Positions 23,310 through 34,023 are shown, numbered from the stretch's first letter. The stretch is DNA of 64,000 nt from Alphaproteobacteria bacterium (GCA_965220745.1 CBDCQT010000011.1:448001-512000), one strand, 5' to 3'. The notes: generated by a model from the sequence alone, not told the origin. Translations and numbers: made by a program.

Positions 23310-24058
23310 GCCGCGGGGCGCGGGGCAAGGAGCGGCTCGACACCCTGCTGGTCGCCCGCGGCCTTGCCGAGACCAGGGCCAAGGCGCAGGCACTGCTGCT
23401 GGCGGGACGGGTGTACGCCGGCGAGCGCCGGCTCGAGAAGGCCGGCATGCAGGTCGACCGCGAACTTGCGCTTTCGGTCAGGGGCGCGGACCACCCCTGG
23501 GTCTCGCGCGGCGGCATCAAGCTGGATCACGCGCTCACGCACTTCGGGATCGACCCGAGCGGGCTCACCGCGCTGGATATCGGTGCCTCCACCGGGGGCT
23601 TCACCGATGTGCTGTGCCAGCGGGGAGCGCGGCGGGTCTACGCGGTCGATGTCGGCTACGGCCAGCTTGACGCACGCCTGCGGGGCGATGCCCGCGTCAC
23701 AGTGCTGGAGCGGACCAACGCGCGCTACCTCTCGCGGGAGCAGGTGCCTGAGCCGGTCAACCTCATCGTCTGCGATGCGAGCTTCATCGGCCTGCGCACG
23801 ATCCTGACGGCCCCGCTCGCGCTCGCGGCGGCCGGCGCGCGCCTCGTCGCCCTGATCAAGCCGCAGTTCGAGGCCGGGCGCGGCCGCGTGGGCAAGGGCG
23901 GCATCGTCCGCGATCCCGCGGTTCACGCGGAAGTCTGCAAAACGATCCGTGACTGGCTCACCGCAGAGGGTTGGCCGGTGATCGGCCTCACGGAAAGCCC
24001 AATCAAGGGCCGCGACGGCAACGCTGAGTTCCTGATCGCGGCGCGGCGCGAGTCGTAA
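23306..24058 (+). CDS. tlyA: TlyA family rRNA 2'-O-methyltransferase (probable CTG start)
   Basis: S4-like KERLDTLLVARGLAETRAKAQ lies in frame upstream of the ORF-track start; VSRGG.KL, LDIGASTGGFTD, VDVGYGQL, LIKPQFE, SPI.G.DGN.EF. Confidence 0.9.
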   Translation: MSRGARGKERLDTLLVARGLAETRAKAQALLLAGRVYAGERRLEKAGMQVDRELALSVRGADHPWVSRGGIKLDHALTHFGIDPSGLTALDIGASTGGFTDVLCQRGARRVYAVDVGYGQLDARLRGDARVTVLERTNARYLSREQVPEPVNLIVCDASFIGLRTILTAPLALAAAGARLVALIKPQFEAGRGRVGKGGIVRDPAVHAEVCKTIRDWLTAEGWPVIGLTESPIKGRDGNAEFLIAARRES

Positions 24059-24068
24059 GGGGTTTCAA

Positions 24069-26165
24069 TCAGTCGAGGGGAAGCAATTCGACGATCTCGC
24101 GCTCGAAGGGAACGTCGTCGTTGCGTACCGCCGGGCCGTCCAATTCCTCCGCATAGCGGCGGCCGGCATAGACCGCGTGGGCGATGGTCGCCGGGGCGAG
24201 CGCGTCGCCGATGGTGGTGACCGTCTCGATGCCTGCGTCCTTCCAGTCGTCGGCGCGCGCCGCAAGCTCCTTGGCGAGCCGGTCCTCCGGTTCGCGCGAG
24301 GTGACCAGCACCACCGCGTCCGCCTCGATCTCCTCCGTGCGTCCGGTGAAGACGCAGGAGGTGGTCACCGAACCCTCCGAGACGGCGTCGAGGTTGGTGA
24401 AGCTGCGGATTGTCACGCCTTTCTCCAGGAGCCGTGCCTGGATGAAGTGCTGCTCCATGGTGTTCTGGGTCCATGTCGAGGCTTCGGAGGCCGGCGTCAG
24501 GTAGTGAGTCTCGCAGCCGTGGTCGGCGAGCAGTTCGGCGATCACGCCGCCCATGTAGAAGTGGTCGTCATCCCAGACCACGACCCGCGTCCCTTCCGAC
24601 GGCATGGTGCCATCCATGATGTCGTCGGCAGTCAGCACCCGTGCGTCTGCGGCGATCGGCATGGGCCGCGCCCAGCTTCGGCCGATGCCGTCCGCCCGCC
24701 AGCGCGCGCCGGTGGCGACCACGACACGGGGCACGCCGAATTCCAGCACGGAGGCGGCGTCGAGGTCGGAATCGAAGTAGACCGCCACGTTAGGCAGCTG
24801 ATGAAGCTGCTGCTCGCGGTAGTCGCGGACCCGGCCCCAGGCGGCGAGTCCCGGCAGGCGGCATTCACGCGCGACGCGGCCGCCGAGCGCCGTGGCCCTC
24901 TCCGCCAGCGTCACCTCGTAGCCCCGCTTGCCGAGCGCCTGCGCCGCCTCAAGGCCTGCCGGTCCCGCGCCCACGATCAGGACGGGTTTGTCCGACTCCC
25001 GCGCCCGGATGCGCTCCGGGTGCCAGCCCTTGCGCCACTCCTCGCCCATCGTCGGGTTCTGGGTGCAGCGGATTGGCGACATGGTGAAATCGCCCGAGAC
25101 GCAGATGTTGCAGCCGATACACTCGCGAATGTCGTCGAGGCGCCCTTCCTCGATCTTCCTGGGCAGGAAGGGGTCGGCGATGGAGGGCCGGGCGCAGCCG
25201 ATGAAGTCGGCGATGCCCTTGTTGACGACCGAGACCATACGGTCCGGCGAGGTGTAGCGCCCGACGACGACGACCGGCTTCGTGGTGAGCGTCTTCACGC
25301 CCTGGACGAAGGGCTCCTGCCCGCCTTCGGCGCCGAACCGCGATGTGCGGGAATCGTTGGGCCAGGCCGCCAGCGACAGGTCCCAGAGGTCCGGCAGCTC
25401 GGCGACGAGTCCGATCAGCTCCTCCACCTCCGCCTGCTCCAGGCCGTCCGCGCCGAGAAGCTCGTCGAGGGCGATCCGGCACGGCACCGCGCAGGTGTCG
25501 CCGACGGCTTCCCGCGTATCGGTCAGCAGCTCCTCCAGCAGTCGCACGCGGTTGCGCGCAGACCCGCCGTACTCGTCGCTCCGCCGGTTGTGATGGCGGG
25601 AGAGGAAGTGGTGCAGGACGGTGAGCGCGTGGCCGGCATAGACGTAGATGAGGTCGAACCCGGCCTCACGCGCCCGAAGCGCCGCCGCCCGGTGCCAGCG
25701 GCGGAGGTCGCGGATGTCCTGCTTGTCCATGGCACGGGCCTGTAGCGGCTCGTAGCCGGCAGTCGTGACCGGTATTGCGGAGGCCGCCAGCGGCACCTCG
25801 CGCGCATAGTGGTTGGCGGCGTGCGGGCCGTTGTGAGCAAGCTCGATCCCTGCCAGCGCGCCGAACTCGTGGATGCGGTCCGCGGTCCGCGCCAGTATCG
25901 GGATGTCGCGGTCGTCCCAGAGCCGAAGCTCGATGAAGGGAGCGACGTCCGACGTGGGGTGGATCTCCACCTCCTCGGTGCAGACCACGGCCCAGCCACC
26001 CTCCGCCTTGACCCCGCGCATCCAGGCGAGCGCGGTGGGGTCGCGGTGGCCCATGCCGTTACAGTGCGGCACCTGGAAGAAGCGGTTCTTCGCGGTCACC
26101 GGGCCGATCACGACCGGCTCGAAGAGCACGTCGAAACGGGGGTCGCGCTGCGCGCTGCTGGTCAT
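24069..26165 (-). CDS. Histamine/trimethylamine dehydrogenase family iron-sulfur flavoprotein
   Basis: KNRFFQVPHCNGMG (cysteinyl-FMN Cys), KAEGGW, RECIGCNIC...IRCTQN (4Fe-4S), VGAGPAGLE. Confidence 0.88.
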   Translation of the reverse strand: MTSSAQRDPRFDVLFEPVVIGPVTAKNRFFQVPHCNGMGHRDPTALAWMRGVKAEGGWAVVCTEEVEIHPTSDVAPFIELRLWDDRDIPILARTADRIHEFGALAGIELAHNGPHAANHYAREVPLAASAIPVTTAGYEPLQARAMDKQDIRDLRRWHRAAALRAREAGFDLIYVYAGHALTVLHHFLSRHHNRRSDEYGGSARNRVRLLEELLTDTREAVGDTCAVPCRIALDELLGADGLEQAEVEELIGLVAELPDLWDLSLAAWPNDSRTSRFGAEGGQEPFVQGVKTLTTKPVVVVGRYTSPDRMVSVVNKGIADFIGCARPSIADPFLPRKIEEGRLDDIRECIGCNICVSGDFTMSPIRCTQNPTMGEEWRKGWHPERIRARESDKPVLIVGAGPAGLEAAQALGKRGYEVTLAERATALGGRVARECRLPGLAAWGRVRDYREQQLHQLPNVAVYFDSDLDAASVLEFGVPRVVVATGARWRADGIGRSWARPMPIAADARVLTADDIMDGTMPSEGTRVVVWDDDHFYMGGVIAELLADHGCETHYLTPASEASTWTQNTMEQHFIQARLLEKGVTIRSFTNLDAVSEGSVTTSCVFTGRTEEIEADAVVLVTSREPEDRLAKELAARADDWKDAGIETVTTIGDALAPATIAHAVYAGRRYAEELDGPAVRNDDVPFEREIVELLPLD

Positions 26166-26250
26166 GCCGATCCTCCGTCAGTCGTCGGGGCGCAGCTTAC
26201 GCGATCGCGGCTCGTGCCGCGCTGACCATTACCCGCGTGAGGACGACCGG

Positions 26251-29200
26251 TTACCCGCCGGCCTCGGCCAGCAGCGACGCGTTGCCGCCGGCCGCCGTGG
26301 TGTCGACACAGAGGTGGCGCTCCAGCACGTAGCGCTCGGGCGCGGCGGGCTCTGCGATCAACGGCAGGATCGGACCGGGGCGGCGAGCGAGCGCGGTGCG
26401 CATCGCGGCGAGCACGTCGCGATCCGCGCAGCAGGCAACGGCGGCGAAGCCCGATGGGGTGGTGAGTGCGTCCGGCCCGACTTGACCGTCGAGCACGACC
26501 ACGCACGGATCGGTTGCGTGAGCGGTAAGAGCCGCACTCGCGCCGTCGGCAACCGCCACCACGGCATTCCCCGCCGTGCGGGCCGCGGCGACTTGCTTCC
26601 GCACCGCATCGGCGCCGGGGCCGAGGCAGAGCACCACGCCGCGCGGCGCGAACGAGAGCCGGTTGGACTCGCCCGTCGGGCCGGGGAGGTCCAGCGGTGC
26701 GAAGCGGCCGCCGTTGCCGCGATACGCTCTGGCCGCGAGCGCACGCCCGGCGTCGTTGATGGCGGCGGCGAGCAATGCCTCGTTGATTGCCGCACCCGAG
26801 GGCCGGCCTCCGGCCGGGGCGGCGCCGGCCGCGAGGCGCTGCACGTAATGCGGCCCGCCGGCCTTCGGCCCGGTGCCGCTCAAGCCCTCGCCGCCGAACG
26901 GCTGCGAGCCCACCACCGCGCCGATCTGGTTGCGGTTGACGTAGATGTTGCCGGCGCGCACGCGATCGACGATGTGCTGAACGCGATCATCGATGCGCGT
27001 GTGCAGGCCGAAGGTGAGGCCGTAGCCGGCCTTATTGACGGCTTTGACGACGGCGTCGATCTCGTCGGCGCCGAAGGTTGCGACGTGCAGCACCGGGCCG
27101 AAGATTTCCTCTTCGAGCGCTTCGATCCCTTCGACGCGCAGCACCGTCGGCGGTACGAAGCGGCCCCGGCCCGGCGCCGCAAGGCGCTTGAGCACGCGCC
27201 CCTCCTGCGCGGCGCGCGCGCAGTGTACCTCGATCCGATCCCGCGCTTCCTTGTCGATTACAGGACCGATGTCCGTTTCCAGCGCCCACGGGTCGCCGAC
27301 GCAAAGCGCGTCCATGGCGCCGAACAGCATCTCCAGAATCCGCTCCTCGACCTCGCGTTGAATGTAGAGGATGCGCAGCGCCGAGCAGCGCTGGCCGGCG
27401 CTCTGGAAGGCGGAGGCGACGATATCGCGTGCCGCCTGCTCGGGCAGCGCGGTGGAATCGACGATCATTGCGTTGAGCCCGCCGGTCTCCGCAATGAGCG
27501 GCGCGTCGGGCGCGAGGTGCCGCGCCATCGCGTGGTCGATGAGTCGGGCGGTCTCGGTCGAGCCGGTGAAGCAAACGCCGTCGATGCGGGGATCGGCACA
27601 GAGTGCTGCCCCCACCGAGGCGCCGTCGCCGGGGAGAAGCTGGAGCGCGGCGCGCGGGATGCCGGCCTCGTGCATCAGCGTGACCGCGCGCGCCGCGATC
27701 AACGGGGTCTGCTCCGCCGGCTTGGCGATGACCGCGTTGCCGGCGGCAAGCGCCCCGAGTATCTGGCCCGAGAAGATCGCGAGCGGGAAGTTCCAGGGCG
27801 AGATGCAGGCGACCACGCCGCGGGGAGTGCATCGGCGCTCGCGGTGCAAGCTCAGAGCCTCGCCCGCGTAGAAGCGCGCAAAATCGCAGGCCTCGCGCAC
27901 CTCCGCCACGCAGTCGGGCAAGCTCTTGCCCGCTTCGCGTGCCGCGAGGGCGAAGAGCTCAGGCGCGTGCTCTTCGTAGAGCTCGGCCACGCGGCACAGC
28001 CGACGCGCCCGTTCGTCAACGCTTGTCTCTGCCCAAGCCGCCGCCCCGTCTCGGGTCGCCTCCAGGGCTGTCTCGATGTCGGCCGGTGCGGCTTCCGTCA
28101 CGGAACCCACGATCTCTGCCGGTCGCGCCGGGTTCCTCACTGCCGCACGCCCTGCGCCAACGGCGTCGCCGGCGATCATCGGCCCGGCTTCCCAAACCTC
28201 GGTACGGAAGGGCTGGCGCGCAGCCTCGATCGCATCGACGGCGAGGGGATCGCTGAGGTCCCACCCCTTCGCATTGCGGCGGGCTGGCAAGAAGAGGTCG
28301 GGGGGCGCCGCGATGGCCGGGTTCGCGACCGCGACTCCGCATTCTTCCACTGCCGCGACGGGATCGCGCGCGATCTCCTCTGCCGTCACGCACTCGTCCA
28401 CGATCTGGTTCACGAAGGAGCTGTTGGCGCCGTTCTCCAACAGGCGGCGGACGAGATAGGCGAGCAGATCGTGGTGCGCGCCCACCGGCGCGTAGATGCG
28501 GCAGCGGAGCCCGTGGGCCTCCCGCACTGCCGCGTGAAGGGCCTCGCCCATGCCGTGCAAACGCTGGAACTCGAAGTCCGTTCCACCGCCCGCCATGTGC
28601 AGCACCGCCGCAACCGTGTGCGCGTTGTGGGTTGCGAACTGCGGATAGAGGCGGTCCGTCATCCCGAGCAGTCGGCGAGCGCACGCGAGGTAGGCGACAT
28701 CGGTGCTCGCCTTGCGGGTGAACACCGGGAAACCGGCGAGGCCCTGCACCTGGGCGCGCTTGATCTCGGTATCCCAGTAAGCGCCCTTGACCAGCCGCAC
28801 CATCATGCGGCGCCGGTGCGCGCCGGCGAGCGCGTACACCCAGTCGATCACGTGCGCGGCCCGCTTGCCGTAAGCCTGCACCACCACGCCGAAGCCGTCC
28901 CAGCCGGCCAGCGCGGGGTCAACCAGCACTGCCTCGATGACATCGAGGGAGAGGTCGAGGCGGTCTGCCTCCTCCGCATCCACGTTGAGGCCGATGCCGG
29001 CCGACTTGGCGAGCAGCGTGAGCGCGCGTATCCGCGCGACAAGCTCGGTCATCACGCGGGCGCGCTGGGCGAACTCGTAGCGCGGATGCAGCGCCGAGAG
29101 CTTGACCGAGATCCCCGGCCGCTCCCGGATGGGTGCGCCTCGGCCGACATCCGCAAGCGCGGTGATGGAATCGGAATAGGCGAGGTGGTAGCGACGCGCG

Positions 29201-29841
29201 TCGGCCTCGGTGCGGGCCGCTTCGCCCAGCATGTCGTATGAGAAGCCGTAGCCTTGCGCCTCCAGCTCGGCGGCGCGGGCCATGGCCTCGCCCATGTCGC
29301 GCCCGAGCACGAATTGGTGCCCGAGCTCGCGCATCGCCTGGGCGACCGCCGCGCGGATGACCGGCTCGCCGAGGCGCCTCACCGCTCCGTGCAACGCGCC
29401 GGCGAGGCCCTCTTCGGCATCGCCCAGCACTTTGCCGGTGAGCAGCAGCGCCCAAGTGGAGGCGTTGACCAGCGGCGAGCTCGACTGCCCCAGATGCGCC
29501 GCCCAGTCAGACGCCGCGATCTTGTCCTCGATCAGCGCGTCGATGGTCTCGGTGTCGGGCACGCGCAGCAGCGCCTCGGCGAGGCACATGAGCGCCACGC
29601 CCTCGCGGGACGAGAGCCCGTACTCGGCGAGGAAGCCCTGCATGATCGAGGCGCTGCCGCCCGCCCGGACGGTGCGGACCAGATCGGCCGCACACGCGGA
29701 AATGGCATCGCGGTCCGCCCGCGTGAGCGCCGCGGCCTCCACCATGCGGCGCACCGCCGGGACCTCGTCTTCGAGAGTGGCGGCGCGCATCGCCGCCCGA
29801 ACGTCGGAGAGGCGCTGTGACTGCCGGCTGGGCCGGCTCAC
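26251..29841 (-). CDS. putA: Bifunctional proline dehydrogenase / P5C dehydrogenase
   Basis: EGVALMCLAEALLRVPD, YDMLGEAA, RLVKGAYWDTEIK, RRLLENGANSSF, ETGGLNA, FQSAGQRCSA; GTGA overlap with the permease stop (alternative ATG 29790). Confidence 0.95.
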   Translation of the reverse strand: MSRPSRQSQRLSDVRAAMRAATLEDEVPAVRRMVEAAALTRADRDAISACAADLVRTVRAGGSASIMQGFLAEYGLSSREGVALMCLAEALLRVPDTETIDALIEDKIAASDWAAHLGQSSSPLVNASTWALLLTGKVLGDAEEGLAGALHGAVRRLGEPVIRAAVAQAMRELGHQFVLGRDMGEAMARAAELEAQGYGFSYDMLGEAARTEADARRYHLAYSDSITALADVGRGAPIRERPGISVKLSALHPRYEFAQRARVMTELVARIRALTLLAKSAGIGLNVDAEEADRLDLSLDVIEAVLVDPALAGWDGFGVVVQAYGKRAAHVIDWVYALAGAHRRRMMVRLVKGAYWDTEIKRAQVQGLAGFPVFTRKASTDVAYLACARRLLGMTDRLYPQFATHNAHTVAAVLHMAGGGTDFEFQRLHGMGEALHAAVREAHGLRCRIYAPVGAHHDLLAYLVRRLLENGANSSFVNQIVDECVTAEEIARDPVAAVEECGVAVANPAIAAPPDLFLPARRNAKGWDLSDPLAVDAIEAARQPFRTEVWEAGPMIAGDAVGAGRAAVRNPARPAEIVGSVTEAAPADIETALEATRDGAAAWAETSVDERARRLCRVAELYEEHAPELFALAAREAGKSLPDCVAEVREACDFARFYAGEALSLHRERRCTPRGVVACISPWNFPLAIFSGQILGALAAGNAVIAKPAEQTPLIAARAVTLMHEAGIPRAALQLLPGDGASVGAALCADPRIDGVCFTGSTETARLIDHAMARHLAPDAPLIAETGGLNAMIVDSTALPEQAARDIVASAFQSAGQRCSALRILYIQREVEERILEMLFGAMDALCVGDPWALETDIGPVIDKEARDRIEVHCARAAQEGRVLKRLAAPGRGRFVPPTVLRVEGIEALEEEIFGPVLHVATFGADEIDAVVKAVNKAGYGLTFGLHTRIDDRVQHIVDRVRAGNIYVNRNQIGAVVGSQPFGGEGLSGTGPKAGGPHYVQRLAAGAAPAGGRPSGAAINEALLAAAINDAGRALAARAYRGNGGRFAPLDLPGPTGESNRLSFAPRGVVLCLGPGADAVRKQVAAARTAGNAVVAVADGASAALTAHATDPCVVVLDGQVGPDALTTPSGFAAVACCADRDVLAAMRTALARRPGPILPLIAEPAAPERYVLERHLCVDTTAAGGNASLLAEAGG

Positions 29842-30779
29842 CGCCGTTGGCCGCCTGCGCTGATCCCGATGGCGGCGAGAATGACCAGCCCGGTGGTGAG
29901 GTCGCGGTAGAAGGGATCGGCGTTCAGGATGTTGAAGCCGTTGCTGATGAGCGCCAGCAGAAAGACGCCGCCGAGGCTGCGCCACACTGCGCCGGCCCCG
30001 CCGTAGATGCTGGTGCCGCCCAGGATTACGGCGGCGATGGCCTGCAGCTCCATGCCCTGCCCGGCCGCCGCCTGTCCCAGCGCCACGCGGGACGTTGCGA
30101 TGATCGAGGCGAGCCCCGCTGCAAACCCCGCAATGGCGAAGGTGGCGGTCTTCACGCGGTCCGTGCGGATGCCGGAGAGCACCGCCGCCTCCTCGTTGCC
30201 GCCGACGGCGAAGACCCGCCGCCCGAAGGCGGTCCGCGTCAGCGCGAAGGTCAGGATTATGGCGAAGACCGCCATGATCCAGACGGCGATGAAGACGCCG
30301 CCCGCCTTGTCGCGCCCGAGCCAGGTGAATGTGTCCAGGCGGACGGAGATCAGCCGTCCGTCGGAGATGACGATGGCGACACCCTTGAAGATCAGGCTCG
30401 TGGCGATGGTGGCGAGGAAGGAATGCACCCTGAGCGCATTGATCACCACGCCGTTCATGGTGCCGAGGATGAGGCCGATGAAGGGCGCCAGGAAGAGGCC
30501 GAGATAGGGGTCCACATGGAGCGCGATCCAGGCCGACATGACCGAGCCCATTGAGAAGATCGCCGCCACCGAGAGGTCGAACCCGCCCGCGATGATCACC
30601 AGCGTCATCGCGGAGGCCATGATCGCGAGCGGCGCGTTCTGGTTGAGGATGTTCAGCAGGTTGCGGGGCGTCAGGAAGTTCTCCGACAGCATGCTGAGCG
30701 CGATGACCAAGAACACGATCATGATCAGGACCGCGTAGGTCTGCAGGAAGCGGCCGACATGGAAGCTGCCGATCATCAC
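29838..30779 (-). CDS. ABC transporter permease (RbsC/CUT2 type)
   Basis: GGFDLSV, SFLATIA, FGRRVFAVGGNEEAA.LSGI, ELQAIAAVILGGTSI.GG. Confidence 0.92.
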   Translation of the reverse strand: MMIGSFHVGRFLQTYAVLIMIVFLVIALSMLSENFLTPRNLLNILNQNAPLAIMASAMTLVIIAGGFDLSVAAIFSMGSVMSAWIALHVDPYLGLFLAPFIGLILGTMNGVVINALRVHSFLATIATSLIFKGVAIVISDGRLISVRLDTFTWLGRDKAGGVFIAVWIMAVFAIILTFALTRTAFGRRVFAVGGNEEAAVLSGIRTDRVKTATFAIAGFAAGLASIIATSRVALGQAAAGQGMELQAIAAVILGGTSIYGGAGAVWRSLGGVFLLALISNGFNILNADPFYRDLTTGLVILAAIGISAGGQRR

Positions 30780-32290
30780 GCGGCCCCGCGCCGTTGGCTC
30801 TGGTGCTGGAAGAGCAGCGCGAGAAGGTCCGCTTCGCTGGACTCTTCGGGGATCACCTCCTCGACGATGCGGCCGCCATCGGCCAGATAGGCGCGATGGG
30901 CGAGGCCCAGAACCTCCTCGATTTCGCTGGAGATGAGCAGGACGGCGGTCCCGCCCGCCGCGAGCTCCGCGATCGCGAAATGAATCCGCTCACGGGCGCC
31001 CACGTCCACGCCGCGGCTCGGCTCGTCGAGAATCACGATGTCGGGATTCTCCATGAGCCACTTGCCGATCAGGACCTTCTGCTGATTGCCGCCGGAGAAG
31101 GTCGCGACGTTGCCGTTGGGGTCCGCCGGGCGCACGCGAAAGTGCTCGATCAGGCTCATTGCGCGCGAGCGTTCGGCGCGGCGTCGCATGACCCCAAGGT
31201 GCGCGAAGCGGCGGAGGTGAGGCAAGGTCATGTTGGGGGAAACGCGCATGGTCAGGATAAGGCCCTGCTTGCGGCGGTCCTCCGGCGACATCACCATGCC
31301 CAGCCCGGCAGAGCGTCTGATCGAGCGTTTGCGGTAGCTCTGGCCGCGGAGCCGGACCTCGCCGCCCGTTGCCGGGTCCGCGCCGACGATGGCACGGGCG
31401 ATCTCGCTTCTGCCGCTGCCCACGAGGCCCGTGAGGCCCACGATTTCCCCGCGCCCCACCCAGAGGCTCGCACCGTTGGCCCCCTGCTCGCTTTCGAGGT
31501 GCTCGACTTCCAGCACGGGCTCGGGATTCTCCGGGCGGACCTTCGGCGGAAACGGAGTCTCGCTCTTGCCGCCGCCCAGCATCGCCGCCACCAGGCTCGA
31601 CCGGGTCTCGCCTGCGGCTGACGCCGTCTTCACGTGCTTGCCGTCGCGGAGCACGGTGATTCGGTCGGAGACTTCGAGGATGTCGTGGAGAAAATGCGAG
31701 ACGTAGATGATCGAGCGTCCTTCGTCCCTGAGCGCCCGCATCGCCGAGTGAAGCTGTGTCACTTCGTCCCGCGAGAGAGAGGACGTGGGCTCGTCCATCA
31801 CGATGATCCGCGCCTCGCGCGCGAGCGCTCGGAGGATTTCGATCTTCTGCTGGTCTGCGATCGGGAGCCGGGACACGATGGCGTTGGGGTCGAGCTGAAA
31901 GCCGCTCGCTTCCATCAGGGCGGAGAGGCGCTCCGCCTCGGTCCGGCGCAGCACGCCCCAGCGCTGGTCCTCCAGGCCGAGGAAGACGTTCTCCGCCACG
32001 GTCAGCGCGGGCACGAGCTGGAGTTCCTGGTGCATGATCGCGACGCCCTTGGAGAGCGCCGAGAGGGGATCCCACGCACTCGCCAGCTCGCCGAAGACAT
32101 CGAGCGTGCCCGCGCTCGCGGCATAGTAGCCGCCGAACACCTTGCCAAGCGTCGACTTGCCGGCGCCGTTCTCGCCGATCAGCCCGTGGATTTCGCCCGG
32201 CAGGATGTCCACCGAGACGTCGCTGAGGACCCAGACGCCTGCGAAGGCGACGCCGATCCCGTTGGCTCGTAGCGCCGGCTCGTCAGCCAT
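30776..32290 (-). CDS. ABC transporter ATP-binding protein (RbsA type, tandem NBD)
   Basis: GENGAGKST, MDEPT, FSGGNQQK, LDEPSRGVDVGA. Confidence 0.93.
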   Translation of the reverse strand: MADEPALRANGIGVAFAGVWVLSDVSVDILPGEIHGLIGENGAGKSTLGKVFGGYYAASAGTLDVFGELASAWDPLSALSKGVAIMHQELQLVPALTVAENVFLGLEDQRWGVLRRTEAERLSALMEASGFQLDPNAIVSRLPIADQQKIEILRALAREARIIVMDEPTSSLSRDEVTQLHSAMRALRDEGRSIIYVSHFLHDILEVSDRITVLRDGKHVKTASAAGETRSSLVAAMLGGGKSETPFPPKVRPENPEPVLEVEHLESEQGANGASLWVGRGEIVGLTGLVGSGRSEIARAIVGADPATGGEVRLRGQSYRKRSIRRSAGLGMVMSPEDRRKQGLILTMRVSPNMTLPHLRRFAHLGVMRRRAERSRAMSLIEHFRVRPADPNGNVATFSGGNQQKVLIGKWLMENPDIVILDEPSRGVDVGARERIHFAIAELAAGGTAVLLISSEIEEVLGLAHRAYLADGGRIVEEVIPEESSEADLLALLFQHQSQRRGAA

Positions 32291-32298
32291 AACCGTGG

Positions 32299-34023
32299 TC
32301 AGGCGCGCGGCTGCGATCCCTCTTCGTCCACGACGAGGTCCGAGGTGATCCGGACGCCATAGTCCCTCCAGGCTCCTTCAGGAGAAACGTAACCCCGAAG
32401 CACGTCGCGCTGCACCTCCTTGAACGGGCGCGCCTTGGGATCGCCGTTGCCGCCGCCGCCGCCCGTCCAGGTCTCGACCACCGTGCCGGCGGCCACCGGC
32501 CGCGCCCTCATCTTGAGCGGCCCTTCAGCCGACCCGTCGGGGTGGGTGATCTCGACCTTCGGGCCCCGTGCGTCTTGGCCCCCGTTCAACCCCCAAGCCG
32601 GCGTGAGCGAGCGCTCGAACCAGAGCGCGCAGTAGCAATCCTCCAGCGTCTTGTAGCGGCGCAGGACACCGCAGCCGCCGCGATGCCGCCCCGGCCCGCC
32701 GGAATCGGGGCGGATGGCGAACTCCTCGAGGCGGACGGGGAACTTCGTCTCCATCACCTCGGCGGGGATGTTGCGGAAACTGCCGTTCACCAGGTTGATC
32801 AGGGCGCTCTCCCCGTCGCCGTCGTTGCGGCCGCCCCAGCCGCCGGCGGTGGCTTCAATGGACATCCACTGACCCCGTTTGCGGTCGACCGAGAAGAAGA
32901 GGGAGACCATCGAATCCCCGTAGTGGGCGGCGGTGGAGCGTTCGGGGATCGCTTCGGAGAGGCAGGAGATGAAGAGGTCCGCCAGCAAGCCCAAGCCGGT
33001 GAAGTACCATTCGCACGCCGCCGGCTCCTTGGCGTTGAAGAGGCAATCGTCCGGGATGCGGACGGTCATCGTCTCGAACGAGCCGCCAGTGATGGCGCGC
33101 TCCGGGTTGATCATCGTCTTGTAGGCGAGGCGGAGCAGGGACACGGTCTGGCTCGCGCCGCAGTTGACTGAGCCGGGGACGATGCCAGAGGAGCCGGCTA
33201 GATCGACGATCAGCTCCTCGCCCTCAACCGTGAGCGTCAGCGCGACCTTCACCGGGTCGTCGCCCGCGCCGTCGCTGTCGAGATAGCCTTCCCGGTACCA
33301 GGTGCCGTCCTTGATCGCCGCGATCGCCTCACGGTCCATGCGCCTGGCCTGCTCGAAGATGTTTTCGCAGGCGTCTCGGTAGGTTTCGATGCCGATGCGG
33401 TCGAGCAGCTGGGAAAGCCTGCGCTCGCCGGTGCGGACGGCGGCGATCTGGGCGTCCAGGTCGCCTATGCTGGTGTCCGGCATGCGGGTGTTGAGCCTCA
33501 GCAGGTCGAACCATTCGCGGATGGGCTTGCCCTGCGCAACGATGCGGGTCGGCCCGAGACGCAGCCCCTCCTGGTAGATGTTCGTGGACCCCATGACCGT
33601 GCCGGGGTCGATGGCGCCGATGTCGTTCCAGTGCGCGCGCGCGGCGCCGAAGCCGATCAGCTCGCCGCCGAAGAAAATGGGCCCGACCACCGACACGTCA
33701 TGCAGGTGCGAGCCCTGCATGTAGCTGTCGTTCATGATGAAGACATCGCCCGGCGCGATGTCGTCGCCGTAATACTCCATCACGTGGTGGACGTTGGCGT
33801 CGATGGCGCCGATGAAGAGCGGCACGCCGCTGGATTGCCCCAGCATGTTGCCGTCGGCGTCCAGCAGCCCGACAGCGCTGTCCCGGCCCTCGTAGATCAC
33901 CGCCGAGTGGGCGGAGCGCCAGAGCGAGGCGTTCATGTCCTCCGCACAGGAGACGACGAAGTTGCGCACGATCTCGGTTGTGACCGGGTCTGCGATGTTG
34001 CGCAGCATCGGATCGTTCATCAT
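32299..34023 (-). CDS. Hydantoinase B / oxoprolinase family subunit
   Basis: [49 protein letters not shown]. Confidence 0.92.
   Translation of the reverse strand: MMNDPMLRNIADPVTTEIVRNFVVSCAEDMNASLWRSAHSAVIYEGRDSAVGLLDADGNMLGQSSGVPLFIGAIDANVHHVMEYYGDDIAPGDVFIMNDSYMQGSHLHDVSVVGPIFFGGELIGFGAARAHWNDIGAIDPGTVMGSTNIYQEGLRLGPTRIVAQGKPIREWFDLLRLNTRMPDTSIGDLDAQIAAVRTGERRLSQLLDRIGIETYRDACENIFEQARRMDREAIAAIKDGTWYREGYLDSDGAGDDPVKVALTLTVEGEELIVDLAGSSGIVPGSVNCGASQTVSLLRLAYKTMINPERAITGGSFETMTVRIPDDCLFNAKEPAACEWYFTGLGLLADLFISCLSEAIPERSTAAHYGDSMVSLFFSVDRKRGQWMSIEATAGGWGGRNDGDGESALINLVNGSFRNIPAEVMETKFPVRLEEFAIRPDSGGPGRHRGGCGVLRRYKTLEDCYCALWFERSLTPAWGLNGGQDARGPKVEITHPDGSAEGPLKMRARPVAAGTVVETWTGGGGGNGDPKARPFKEVQRDVLRGYVSPEGAWRDYGVRITSDLVVDEEGSQPRA

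Noticed and set aside
25873-29241. 1122-aa plus-strand ORF and other long antisense ORFs (e.g. 43388-45418, 45415-47331, 57876-59846, 59853-61913)
   Set aside because: These are shadow frames of real GC-rich genes on the opposite strand, with Arg/Gly/Ala-rich composition and no motifs.
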